In this document: positions 29,474 to 40,800 of the stretch, one piece after another
How the letters are laid out: each line of letters starts with the position of its first letter
How positions within the stretch are numbered: position 1 is the stretch's first letter
Virus record (IMG/VR): IMGVR_UViG_3300045988_170943
Span: 96,001 to 160,000 of that record
Origin: a virus
Direction: 5' to 3' (one strand)
Length of the DNA: 64,000 nt
Notes under the pieces: generated by a model
The model's input: the letters and a program-made list of their open reading frames with translations, nothing else
What the model was told of the DNA's origin: nothing
Databases searched by the model: none
Made by a program: the position numbers and the translations under genes

Positions 29474-30598
29474 ATGAGTGGCCTTACTACCAAAGTACGA
29501 GACATCTTCAAGGCGCGTGTAGCCAAGAAGTCATCGTACACCCCTGAGGACAAGGGGATCACCTACCTGTCACGTCTTCCAAAGAGCATGGTTCAGGCGA
29601 TCCTGGGCACAGGGCTATGTCAAAGTTCAACAGTGGATCGCCAGTTTCTTCTGCCTCCCTTCTTCTGGTCTGTCTCGGGTGATGTCAACATTGAGCCTCT
29701 GGGGATGCTGTTCGGGATCTCTGACGGCAGGATCGTTGTGGACGCATTCAACATGCATGACAACAGCGATGAAGGCAACAACGTCACTTGCTATGCCAGC
29801 CGACACTTCTACCTTCCAGTGGGCAAGTATCTGGTGTATATGGCGGCTGAGAGCAGCCGGTTCGCGCCGCACCCAACTAGGGGTGATGTTGATGCTGTTG
29901 TCATGTCGTCGTTGTTCAAGTTGGCGGCGAAGGTGTACGCAATGTGGGCGGTCACTGCTGATGGCAGTCGTTGGCCTTACAGTTGGGATGCTAGTTGGTT
30001 CCCGCATGATGATGGGCGGACTGAACTTCTTCTTAAGCGTGTGAGTGGTCACGACCTGGTTTACGGATTCTCTGTTGACACCGACCTTGTAGAGGCCACT
30101 CAGGATAATGGTGACGTGAAAGACATCCTGTCGGTCTCACTGAAGAAGAGACACATCGATGCCGAATCTCCTAATGAGTTTCAGTACATTGTGGATCGCA
30201 TCGCTAACCCCTTGATTGAAGTGGGGTACGACGTCAACAGTCACATCACCTATGACGACGAGGTGGTCCAGGAAATCGTCGTCAACATTGATGTAACCAC
30301 CAGCACCACGGCATGGAATGGGGCTTCAAGTTGTAGGTTCTTCCAGGATCTTGAAACCATCCTCCGTGAGGTCACCCCCGCAAGACATAAGCCCTTGTTC
30401 ATCCTTGAAAGCGAGTCGAACCAAGAGCATTCTGCCCACCCTCAAGATCTTACCCTGTGCCCACTTGAAGCGATTGGCAGCAAGGATGATAGTGTCGCAC
30501 GATCCTACTATGATGATGCGATGAAACTGGCAGAAGAGACCATCCGATCCAGTGTCACCAGCAAAAATAGGTACCATAGTAGCGGCACCATCCAGTAA
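29474..30598 (+). CDS. hypothetical protein
   Basis: 374 aa. Confidence 0.5.
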   Translation: MSGLTTKVRDIFKARVAKKSSYTPEDKGITYLSRLPKSMVQAILGTGLCQSSTVDRQFLLPPFFWSVSGDVNIEPLGMLFGISDGRIVVDAFNMHDNSDEGNNVTCYASRHFYLPVGKYLVYMAAESSRFAPHPTRGDVDAVVMSSLFKLAAKVYAMWAVTADGSRWPYSWDASWFPHDDGRTELLLKRVSGHDLVYGFSVDTDLVEATQDNGDVKDILSVSLKKRHIDAESPNEFQYIVDRIANPLIEVGYDVNSHITYDDEVVQEIVVNIDVTTSTTAWNGASSCRFFQDLETILREVTPARHKPLFILESESNQEHSAHPQDLTLCPLEAIGSKDDSVARSYYDDAMKLAEETIRSSVTSKNRYHSSGTIQ

Positions 30599-30610
30599 GA
30601 AAGGCCAACC

Positions 30611-31018
30611 ATGACACAGAAGAACACCAACCCCACCCACCCTGACCGCGGAGACTGGGAGATGCCAGTAATCCTAGGAATCCTCCTCCTAGCCATAGTG
30701 ATTGGAGCATTTTTCGGCCCCATGATAGGGAAGCCGACCTTCCATGACGGCACCATTCACGTGGACTCACAGGGAGCCATCTCGTTCACAACCGATGCTG
30801 GCACTTACTCCAAGATCCCTAAGGAGATTGTCACCTATGCTGGCGGCGACGACATCAAGGACGGCCAGATCGGGTGCCTGAAGACGCAGAAGAAGGATGA
30901 CGGAGAGAAGTACGCCAAGTTGTACGCTGGCGGCAATTGCAAGGAGTACAAGGAAAAGCAGGACAAGGAAAAAGACAGGAACACACCTGTTATCTACCCA
31001 GTGTGGGTAGTGCACTAA
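30611..31018 (+). CDS. small membrane protein
   Basis: 135 aa with one TM helix (VILGILLLAIVIGAFFGPMIG) and a Lys/Asp-rich C-terminus. Confidence 0.45.
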   Translation: MTQKNTNPTHPDRGDWEMPVILGILLLAIVIGAFFGPMIGKPTFHDGTIHVDSQGAISFTTDAGTYSKIPKEIVTYAGGDDIKDGQIGCLKTQKKDDGEKYAKLYAGGNCKEYKEKQDKEKDRNTPVIYPVWVVH

Positions 31019-31120
31019 CCCGCATCCAGATGACTGGCGAGGTCGTTTCGTGCCGTTGTCGCCCTGACCGCCACCTACAGTGGGGTTGACACATACCAGA
31101 ACACATGAGACAATGGCTCC

Positions 31121-31759
31121 ATGAAGATCACAAGCATTATCAAGAACGTAACGTGGAGGTTCGTCAGGAAGCATCTGCTGGCGAACTACAGGCGCGGCTT
31201 TGCCACAAACTCCTCATCCTCACACTCCTTCGTCTACCTGAAGAGCACTCCCGAGGATGCCTATAGGGAAGAGTACTTCGACCCAGCCGGAGAGTACTAT
31301 GGCTGGGATGACTTCAAACTCTCTTCCATCATGGGCAAGTTGTTCTACGTCCTATCACAGAAGGTGCATGGATGGGAGTCCATGGACGAGGATGAGAAGC
31401 AGATGATTCGTGACGAGTTCCCTGAGGCCGATGACGGCATGATTCAAGCTGCCTCTGAGAGCGAGGTTGATCACGAGTCGTTCGGTGTCGTCACTCCAGA
31501 GATTGCTCGCAACCCGTACACCGTCGTGTTTGGCGGAAATGACAATGACGGCTATAGTTATGAGCGCGCCAAGGTTGTTTCCAGCGGCTTGGTTGACTGG
31601 ACCAAGACCGAGCCTGAGTGGGGGGATACAGAGAGGGTGGGTAGCGATCCGAAATCCCCTCTGGTGGCTGAGATGATCCAGGGTCTCAGGGAGCAGGGCT
31701 GGTCTGATGAGAGAATTGAGTACGAACTTCGCATCGATCTGAGCGAGGATGACCGATGA
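31121..31759 (+). CDS. hypothetical protein, translationally coupled to the downstream radical SAM gene
   Basis: 212 aa. Its stop overlaps the next start (ATGA at 31756). Confidence 0.5.
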   Translation: MKITSIIKNVTWRFVRKHLLANYRRGFATNSSSSHSFVYLKSTPEDAYREEYFDPAGEYYGWDDFKLSSIMGKLFYVLSQKVHGWESMDEDEKQMIRDEFPEADDGMIQAASESEVDHESFGVVTPEIARNPYTVVFGGNDNDGYSYERAKVVSSGLVDWTKTEPEWGDTERVGSDPKSPLVAEMIQGLREQGWSDERIEYELRIDLSEDDR

Positions 31760-32637
31760 GGCGTTACGGTGTTCGTTTCGATAGGAACGCTGTCTCGTTC
31801 TTTGACAGGGTTGATGGCACGAAGATCAGGTTCGCTGTCGGCAGGTATGAGAAGGCTGGCAAGCCCGAACTAGCCGACGTAAAAATTAGTGACTACTGCC
31901 CCATTGGGTGTGAATTTTGCTATATGGACTCTACTATTTTTGGTAAGCATGGGTCCGTAGAAAACATTGAGGCCATTGCTCGTGAGATGGGCAAGGCTAA
32001 GGTGTGGGAGGTCGCCCTTGGTGGCGGTGAGACCACCTCACATCCTGAGTTCGTGAGGATTCTAAAGATTTTTCGGGACAATGGTGTGGTTCCGAATTTC
32101 ACGACCAAGTTGCCTGCTGCTGTGCGCAAGTTCTGGCCTGAGATTAAGGACCTGATTGGTGGCTTCGCGTATAGCGCTGAGACTCCTGCTCAGATTCGCT
32201 CTGCCGCCAAGTTGCTGCGGGATGTTCCAGCAGGTAAGGCATCGTTGCACTATGTGATGGGTCTTGGGGACCGTGAGTCGTTCATGGAGTACATGAGAGC
32301 CGCAGACGAGGTAGGCTGGCGAGTCACGCTCCTGGGGTACAAGACCTCTGGTCGAGGTAAGGATGTGGTTCCATATCCTTATGACTGGTGGATCGATGCA
32401 GTGGACGAGTTGATCGCTGAGGGCAGGTGCCCGTCTTTCTCGATTGACACTCCGCTGGCCGATCAGTTCGCTGGAAGGATGCCGGTTGAGGGCTTCATGT
32501 ACCACCGTCATGAGGGTAAGTTCTCCGTCTTTGTTGATGCGGTGGAGATGAAGATGGGTGCCTCCTCCTTTGAGGACAAGGATTCGCTAGTTCCATTCGC
32601 TCAGGGGACGTGGCTGAGGGAGTTCAGGAAGTTCTGA
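31756..32637 (+). CDS. radical SAM enzyme (canonical CxxxCxxC), unknown function
   Basis: DYCPIGCEFCY (C-x3-C-x2-C) and ALGGGETTSHPEF (GGE motif). Confidence 0.7.
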   Translation: MRRYGVRFDRNAVSFFDRVDGTKIRFAVGRYEKAGKPELADVKISDYCPIGCEFCYMDSTIFGKHGSVENIEAIAREMGKAKVWEVALGGGETTSHPEFVRILKIFRDNGVVPNFTTKLPAAVRKFWPEIKDLIGGFAYSAETPAQIRSAAKLLRDVPAGKASLHYVMGLGDRESFMEYMRAADEVGWRVTLLGYKTSGRGKDVVPYPYDWWIDAVDELIAEGRCPSFSIDTPLADQFAGRMPVEGFMYHRHEGKFSVFVDAVEMKMGASSFEDKDSLVPFAQGTWLREFRKF

Positions 32638-32689
32638 ATCAAGCGGGGAGTAGGACACCCATCTGATCGTCTCTAACACCAACCAAGCG

Positions 32690-32755
32690 CAGAATCAGGT
32701 CTGATTAACTTTCTGTACTCAGGGAAGTATGATCAGACCTGATTCTGATTTTGCG
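32690..32755 (+). terminator. terminator hairpin after the radical SAM gene
   Basis: 16-bp perfect stem cagaatcaggtctgat / atcagacctgattctg with a loop of about 26 nt, followed by attttgcg. Confidence 0.6.
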
Positions 32756-32926
32756 TCTGCTATGTATTGTGCCTGCTTGAAGCCCCGCCTTAAACCAATC
32801 GTGCAAATATATGTAAGGGGTTGCAGGCGCGTTTTCATTAAGTGTTTCCGTAGTTTTTGTTGAGATGAAGCCGTTTTCGTGATCGAAGTGTTTCCTTAGC
32901 GTTACCGTTCATGCAAGATATTGGGC

Positions 32927-32932
32927 TACAAT
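32927..32932 (+). promoter_or_regulatory. candidate -10 hexamer (tacaat) for the pilus operon
   Basis: tacaat sits about 93 nt upstream of the pilin ATG, within the 270-nt intergenic region downstream of the terminator. No convincing -35. Confidence 0.25.
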
Positions 32933-33024
32933 CATCACCGAGTATCATGCTTGTGGCGACCGCAGAGCAAAAGCACCACACGTATGGAACATTTTTCGAG
33001 AACTCTACCTAGGAGATACGCAAT

Positions 33025-34668
33025 ATGATGAGGTCATTCAGGAAGGCATGTCTTGCAGGAGCACTGACAATGGCCGCCTGTGGTGCTGCTGTTCCGGCTG
33101 TCGCTGCTGACAATGACGCTATTGTCCCGGATGCTTCACGGCAGGCCACTCTGGACATCCACAAGTTGAGTGGCACTGAGTCCACTACTCGTGCTGACGG
33201 TACGGCTCTCGCCCCTGAGGAGGTTGCCAAGTATGGTAAGCCCATGGGTGGGGTCGTCTTTGACGTGTACAAGGTGTCTGGTATTGACGTCTCGACCAAT
33301 GAGGGGCTGAAGGTCGCTGAGAAGATCCATGAGCGCAAGGTCACTGCTGCTGACGTGACGGCCGGGAAGATCTCGGTTGATGGTCAGGACTACGCTCTGG
33401 TCAAGGAGGCCCAGTCGGTGACAACTGGCGAGGACGGCTCTGGTCAGGGAACCTATGGGCTGGGTGTCTACGTCGTGGCCGAGAACCTGGCAAACTCCAC
33501 CCCGACCGTTGACGGTGCTGCTGTGGGTAAGGACAAGGTTACCCCGAGTGCCCCTTTCCTTGTCTCTCTGCCGATGACGAACACGAATGGTCGCTCTGAG
33601 TGGATGTATGACGTGGATGTCTACCCGAAGAACCAGGTTGACGAAATCACCAAGAGCGTCAGTGACGGCAAGGTCGGAACACAGAACCAGGACGGCTACC
33701 GGGTTGGCGAGAAGATCACCTACAGCCTGAACTCGACTGTCCTGGTGGGCGACAAGAATGGTGACGGCACGGTTGACGGGGCCGATTTCGGTGGCGTCTA
33801 TCAGATCACTGACACCCTGGACGCCAACCTGTCTTTTGAGAGCGAGACGGTCACTCTGACGAGTGCCGCTGGCGTGTCTGAGGTGCTGACCAAGGGCGCT
33901 GACTACACCGTGGCTAGTGCTGGCAACCAGGTGACTGTGTCCATGACTGAGCAGGGGCTCGGAAAGTTGACTAAGGTCTCTGGTGGCAGCGTGACCACTG
34001 ACCTTGTGGCCCGTGTCGCTACTATGCCAGCCAATGGTATTGTTGAGAACCAGGCCGCTTTCGTACCAAACAACACGTGGAAGACCAGCCACCCCGAGCC
34101 AGGCATCTCCTCTAACAAGGTCACCTCCAAGTATGGTGACATCGTGATCCACAAGACTAACAAGTATGGTGACAATCTTTCTGGTGCCGTGTTCAAGGTG
34201 TTCCGCGCAACCAATGGGACCACCTGTGATGTTGAGGCGCTTAAGGGTGACCCGGTTGCTACCTCCAGTCCGACTGATGCTGCTGGTCTGACCAAGTTGA
34301 GCGGACTCCAGTTGTCCAACTTCTATGACGGTGCCGATCAGGCCAACCTTCACTCCTACTGCCTGGTTGAGTCCACCGCCCCGGACGGGTACACGCTTCT
34401 GGCTAAGCCGGTCAAGTTCGACCTGACTGCTGCTGGTTCCGTGACTGACCTGTCTGCCGCACTGGGTGATGGTGTTGACGCCAACACTGAGGATCTGACC
34501 GGCCGCAACGTCCACATCACTAACGTCAAGAAGGGTGAGTTGCCTCTGACTGGTGCCCAGGGCGTGGCTCTGCTGGCAACCATCTCCATCATCCTCGCTG
34601 GTGTCGGTACTGGCCTGGTGATCTCCAGCCGCAAGAAGGCAAAGGCGGCCGAGGTCGCCACTGACTGA
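33025..34668 (+). CDS. sortase-dependent major pilin (backbone fimbrial subunit)
   Basis: Signal peptide; pilin motif DVDVYPKNQ; E-box YCLVESTAPDGY; CnaB-like segments; C-terminal LPLTG plus a hydrophobic helix plus SSRKKAK. Confidence 0.85.
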   Translation: MMRSFRKACLAGALTMAACGAAVPAVAADNDAIVPDASRQATLDIHKLSGTESTTRADGTALAPEEVAKYGKPMGGVVFDVYKVSGIDVSTNEGLKVAEKIHERKVTAADVTAGKISVDGQDYALVKEAQSVTTGEDGSGQGTYGLGVYVVAENLANSTPTVDGAAVGKDKVTPSAPFLVSLPMTNTNGRSEWMYDVDVYPKNQVDEITKSVSDGKVGTQNQDGYRVGEKITYSLNSTVLVGDKNGDGTVDGADFGGVYQITDTLDANLSFESETVTLTSAAGVSEVLTKGADYTVASAGNQVTVSMTEQGLGKLTKVSGGSVTTDLVARVATMPANGIVENQAAFVPNNTWKTSHPEPGISSNKVTSKYGDIVIHKTNKYGDNLSGAVFKVFRATNGTTCDVEALKGDPVATSSPTDAAGLTKLSGLQLSNFYDGADQANLHSYCLVESTAPDGYTLLAKPVKFDLTAAGSVTDLSAALGDGVDANTEDLTGRNVHITNVKKGELPLTGAQGVALLATISIILAGVGTGLVISSRKKAKAAEVATD

Positions 34669-34828
34669 CTAGCGTGAGCCCTCCTGTGGTGTTGGCAAAC
34701 GGTTCAGCCTGTGTCAAGAACACGACTCGGGCCTGTCTGCCAGCACCACAGGGGTGTAAGACGCTGAGAACCCATAAGAAGAACTTCAAGAACAACTGAC
34801 CCTTACTTTTCTGGGGAGAGAAAGAACC

Positions 34829-37800
34829 TTGAACAGGATTACTGAGACCTTGAAGAGCCTCGGAGGCATGAAGACCGGGCGGGCACTGTCAACAGCAGTG
34901 GTTGTCGCCCTGGTCGTTGTCGCTGGCTTTGTGGTTGGCCCTTTGAGGGCTGCTGACCTTACCGAGTTGCTGCTGTTTGACCCAAGTACGGGGGCGGTTA
35001 CTGGTCTCACTGAGGAAGGCAAGACCCAGTTCAAGGATGCTGTGGATCTGAGTATTCCTGGCGAGATCAATGGGGTCAAGGTGACTGCCATTGGGGACAG
35101 TGCTTTCAAGGCGATGAAGTTCAAGAAGGTGACCCTGCCTGAGAGCGTGACCACCTTGGGTGAGTACGCTTTCTATGGAAACGGCATCAGTGAGTTGTCT
35201 GCCCCAGGTGTGACGACTGTCAAGGCTCATGCGTTGCAGTTGAATGCTTTGAAGTCGTTCACCTCGAAGACTCTCTCTGAGATTGGTGACAGTGCTTTCG
35301 CCCAGAACGCCTTGACTAGCGTGGATCTGGCTCAGGCACCTGCAACCGTTATTGGTGAGTCGGCGTTCAAGGACAACAAGATCTCTTCCCTGTCGCTGCC
35401 GTCTGGTGTCGCCACGATCAAGGCTGGTGCCTTCTCCAGCAACTCCCTGACCTCTGTGACCCTGCCTGAGAGCGTGCAGGAGGTTAGTGACAAGGCGTTC
35501 TCCAGCAACTCTGTCCAGGAGGTCACTGTTGGTACGAACGTCTCCTCATGGGGCTCTGAGGTGTTCTCTGGGGCTGGACGTTACGTCAAGGTTGTCACTG
35601 AGAACCCGAACATCATCACTCAGGGGTACTCTGATGGTTTTGGGCAGGTCGTCAACCCTGTCACGGTTCGCCTGCACCTGAAGGATGCCGCCACCGGGCA
35701 GGAGATTGCCTCTACTGTCACTATGGGGCAGGATCTCACCAAGCAGGGTGAGGTCTTTGGTAGGGGCGCTCAGGCCAGGGTCACTGCACCTGAGATTGAC
35801 GGCTACAAGGCCAACAATGCTTTCGTTGACTTCACTCCAGATAGCGACCCTTACGATGTTGATGTGGCGTACACCAAGGGTGGCGGCAACCCTGTCATTA
35901 CGGTGGCCGGTAAGTCCAAGTCGTTCAAGCAGGGGCAGCAGGTCACCAAGGCAGACCTGTTGAAGGATGTCTCCGCTACCGATGTCAACGGGCAGAACAT
36001 CACGTCCAGTATCACGGTTGAGCCTGAGACGCTGGACACCAGCACTCCTGGCACCAAGGATGTCTTCTACACTGTGACCGACTCTCAGGGCAACCAGACC
36101 ATCAAGAAGGTTGTTGTCGCTGTTGGCACTGACTTCGGTGAGATCGAGATGTGCAACGGCTGGAAGGTCAAGGACTTCGCGTTTGACGGGACAGCAGTCA
36201 TTGGTCTGAGCAGTTCCGGTCAGGCCAAGGTTCGTTCTGGGAACACCAAGGTCTGTTTCCCCAGTGTCACTAAGGACGGCAGGACCGTTGAGTCTATCGG
36301 CAGTGGCGACACTCCGTCATACCAGTATTTGACGAACGGTATCACCGCTGTTGAAGACTGGGGGAGCGCAACTAGCATCAAGAAGGGTTTCTTCTCTGAC
36401 CTGAGCCACCTTGAGAGCCTTCCTGAGACCTGGGGAAACATCACCAGCATCGGCAAGAGCGCTTTTGAGGGCGCCAGCAATCTGACATCTATCCCTAAGA
36501 CATGGGGTAAGGTGACATCTCTTGGTGACGGGGCCTTCAACCGTGCTGGACTTACCAAGATCCCTGAACAGTGGCCTGCCGGGATGACCTATCTCCCTAA
36601 GGATGTCTTCAAGAGCAACAAGATCAAGTCTGTTCCCGACTCCTGGGGTGACATCAAGGACATTGGTAACGGTGCTTTCGGGTACCAGAACCTCACTGCC
36701 GATGACACGTTCAAGGTCCCGAACTGGACTGGTATCACCAGTATCGGTGATCAGGCTTTCGCTAGTACCTCATACAGTCGGGCAAAGATGGATCTCCCGG
36801 CCTCTTTCGAGACGGTCAAGTCTATTGGCTGGGCTGCGTTCGAGTACGCCAAGGGTGTTGAGGACAAGATCACTGACTGGGGTGATGTTGAGAACATTGG
36901 AGCCAACGCCTTCTACCGCTCTGACCTGACATCTCTGCCTGACTCCTGGGGCAAGGTGAACAAACTTGGGCAAGAGGCTTTTGCTGAGACCAGAATCTCC
37001 AAGATCCCAGACAACTGGGGTGGCATCACGACCATTCCGAACGGACTCTTCTCCAATGTCTACGATTTGACAACCATTCCGTCTTCCTGGGGTAATGTCA
37101 CCAAGATTGATGACTACGCTTTCAGCAAGACGAGGATCACTGAGATTCCTGACTCCTGGGGTGAGGTCACCTGGATCGGTAACGGGGCACTGAACACGTC
37201 TGACGGCAGCAACTCCAACAACGGCACCATCACCAAGGTTCCTCCTTCTTGGGGTAAGGTGAACGTCATCCGTAGTTACGCCATCAACTCGGCAGTGTCC
37301 TCCTACCCGAGCGACTGGTCTGGTATCCGCCTGGTTGAGGAGTGGGCTCTGCGAAGCAAGAACCAGAAGTCAGCCCAGATCGTGACCGCCTCTGACGCCC
37401 TGCTGTCTCGTGAGCGCCCCAAGCGTGAGGGTGGGTACACTGGTGACACCAACCAGAAGGTGTACATGTACCCTGCTGACGGTACATTCCCAGACAACAT
37501 GCCTGCCGACACGGACAACATCTTCGCTGGCCCAACGTTCGCTAAGGTCCGTTACGTTGATGAGAACGGGAACGACATTCGCCCTGCTGTCAGCACGAAG
37601 ATGTACCCTCGTGGTACCGTGATTAAGCCCGTCAGCGTGTACGGTTTCGAGACCCCTGGTGACTACACTGTTCCTGTGTCCACCAGCGCTGACGAGAAGG
37701 AGATCGTCTTCACCTACAAGCGCAGTGGGCCTGTGGAGCAGAAGACCAGTATCAGTATCTCCAAGACCTACACTGACTCGAAGACTGGTGTGACCACTGA

Positions 37801-40800
37801 CACTGCCCCGACCGTGAATGCTGGGGCTGAGGAACTTGCTGTCACAGTCAAGATTGGTAACAGTGGCGCTAACGCTGAGGACATCCCTGAGGACACGACT
37901 ATCCGTATCCCTATCTCTGACGCCATGACCTTCAGTGGTATTGGTCAGGCTGACAGGGTGAAGTCTGCGAAGGTTGTTGGTAGCGAGATTGTCATGACCT
38001 TGAAGGCTCTCCCTAAGGGCACTGACTTCTCTGTTCCGGTCAGGTTCAGGTTCAACCGGTACAAGACTGCCGCCAACACCGCATACCCGATGAGTGCGAC
38101 CATGGTGTACCCGGACGACACTGCCAGGGGGCAGAGCAACACTGTTGACATCTACTCCCGGTATGAGAACCCTGAGATGCGGAAGGGGACCGTGGAGAAC
38201 GGCAACGAGACGAACATGAAGTGGGATGGTTACCTTGTTGACGACTATACCGCTAACGCTGACGGGTCTGTTGCTTCCGGGGACGCGGCGAAGAACTACC
38301 TCACCTACACCTTCTATGTAACTAACCTGCACCGTAACATTGGGGCATGGGAGGTCACCGACACTCTGCCCACCTACAAGAAGGCTGACGGCAGTGAAGC
38401 GAAGGCGGTCTTTGATCCTGCACTCAACCCTGGGTGGTCGCTCTCTGACGACGGGACCACAGCCGTCTACCGTGGGAGTGAGGCCATCTTGGACACTGAC
38501 TCCAAGTTGCTTCCTGTTACCCTGAGGCTGCGTTACCCTGACGCTGCCAATGGGGCCAACATCAAGAACTCTGCTGACATCCGGCTCACACCCCACAACA
38601 AGGGTGCCGCTGAGAAGGACCTGCACGCTGGCAACAGCATCACCAACTCTTTCGTGAAGTTCCCCGAGTACAAGAGCACTGGTGACGACTACGGGTCTGA
38701 CAAGTACGCCAGCGGACCCGAGTGTGTTCGTGCCCGCGAGTGCTTCTTCTCCGACACGACACGTGGACGGAACATGGAGCAGAAATGGAACTTGGTGGCC
38801 TACTCCAAGGGTGAGTCCACACCAAGGTTCACTGACCATGACCTGGATCCGAGGCTTCGCTACACCGCTCTAACCAACATCTCTGCCCACGGGAACCACA
38901 GGGGCAAGTCACACCCTGACACCCTTGATAGCGCTGACGTGATGGTGGTTGATCAGGAGGGCGCAACCCTGTGGACGGCCAAGATGCCTGCCGCCGGGTC
39001 CAGGCTGGACATCCCTGAAGAGTACACGACCGGCCAGGTGAGTATCATCATCAAGGCGAACAAGAAGATGAAGAACTCCACTGCTGCTGTCATTGTCCAC
39101 ACTGAGTTGCGTGACAAGGCCAGCAAGGTTGTCACGGATGACCCGACAACAGCGATCATGCGTAACCAGGTCACTACCGAGATGGATGGTGGCTACAAGG
39201 TGACCCGTGAGGCCAACCTGAGAGTGATCCCTGAGTCCAGGAAGATCACTGCCACCAAGACCTCATCTTTCGCCTCCCCAACGGTCACAGGCGACACTGG
39301 CTCCTACAATGTTGGTTTCAAGACCGACGAGGGATTCGGGGCAACCATTGAGAACTTCCGCATGGTTGACCTACTCCCCGCTGGCCTGTCCGTGGTGGAC
39401 TACACGATGTCCAACACCTTCGAGCAGTCACCTGGCGCAAGAGTTGAGGCGGTATCCAACTACAATGGCACTGGTCGTACTGCTGTCATCTGGACTGCTG
39501 ACTCTGTTCCAGCATCCGCTGTGACGAACAACACGATGGCTGTGGGTGCTATCACTGCCAAGGTCTCTGGTGAGGCCGCCACGGGGCGCATCACCAACGA
39601 CGTGTACCTGACCTCCACTACTGAGGATATGGTTTACGGCAACAAGGTTGATAACCCTCCTGCCGGTAACGGAACCTGGTCCAAGGCTGAGGTGAGCGAC
39701 CCTATGCTGGCTGCTGAGGACCTGTCCACGGTCAAGGAGATCCGTAACCTTGGTGGGGCCTGGTCCAAGGACATCACCACCTATGCTGGTGAGCAGTTCG
39801 AGTACCGGCTTGCTGCGTCCAACATGACGAACACGAACCGGACGAACCCCGTGTTCTACGACTTCTTCCCGCACGTTGGAGACACCTCCGTCACTGGTGA
39901 CCCCAGGCTTTCGGAGTTCGCCAACACATGGGACCTGACCCGCCAGCCTGTCCTGCCTGACGGGTGGCGTATCCAGTACCTCAACACTGACGACAACCCG
40001 CCTGTTGTGACGCAGAGCAACCGCGATTCTGTTCTGGAGTCGCTGAACTGGTCGGACACTCCTGCCGCTAACACGAAGGGGATCCGGGTTTCTGGTCCTG
40101 TTATTGAGGCGAGGACTACCGCTGAGGTGATCCTTCCGATGAAGGCACCTGAGGAGCATGTTGAGGGTATTGCTCCGCTGCCGTACAAGAACCTGTACAA
40201 GGTGGCGCGGAACACGTTCATGTATGATGATGACCAGTCACCTTTCCTGCTGGAGCCTGCTGGTGTCGTCAACCGCATGGACGCCCCTGGTGCCGACATC
40301 AAGTTCAAGAAGGTGTCAAACTTCCCTGGCGGGCCTCTTGCTGGAGCCAAGTTCGTTCTCAAGGACGACAAGGGCAAGACGATTGGTTCTGCTACCTCAG
40401 GTAAGGACGGTATGGTGAAGTTCGTCAACAAGCGAATCAAGCCAGGATACACCATCACTGAGATTCACGCCCCTAAGGGGTACAAGGCCACCTCCAAGCC
40501 GATTACGATTGGTGCCGACAAGTTCACCAACATGGTTGGACGTACCTATGTGATCGATCTGGGTGAGATGTCCAACTCAAAGATCTGGGCTCCGATCAAG
40601 CCGATGACTGGTGAGGTTCGTTTCGCAAAGATCGGTAAGGGCGAGATCCCCCTTCCTGGGGCAACCTTCCAGTTGAAGGGTACATCTGGTGCCACCAGTG
40701 GGCTCACCTACACTGCTGTGTCGAACAGCAAGGGCACGGTCTCCTTCAAGAACGTTCCTCTGGGCCGTTACTCGGTCAGTGAGGTGTCTGCTCCAGGTCG

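Noticed and set aside
33136-34515. 459-aa minus-strand ORF antisense to the major pilin gene.
   Set aside because: The pilin gene has signal peptide, YPKN, E-box and LPLTG on the plus strand. The antisense frame is an artefact of GC-rich codon usage.
37370-38839. 489-aa minus-strand ORF inside the adhesin gene. Others like it: 39428..40159, 40577..41746, 39856..40458.
   Set aside because: Antisense to a strongly supported 2622-aa CDS. Composition is Gly/Val/Arg/Pro-rich and low complexity, as expected for GC-driven open frames. No start context.
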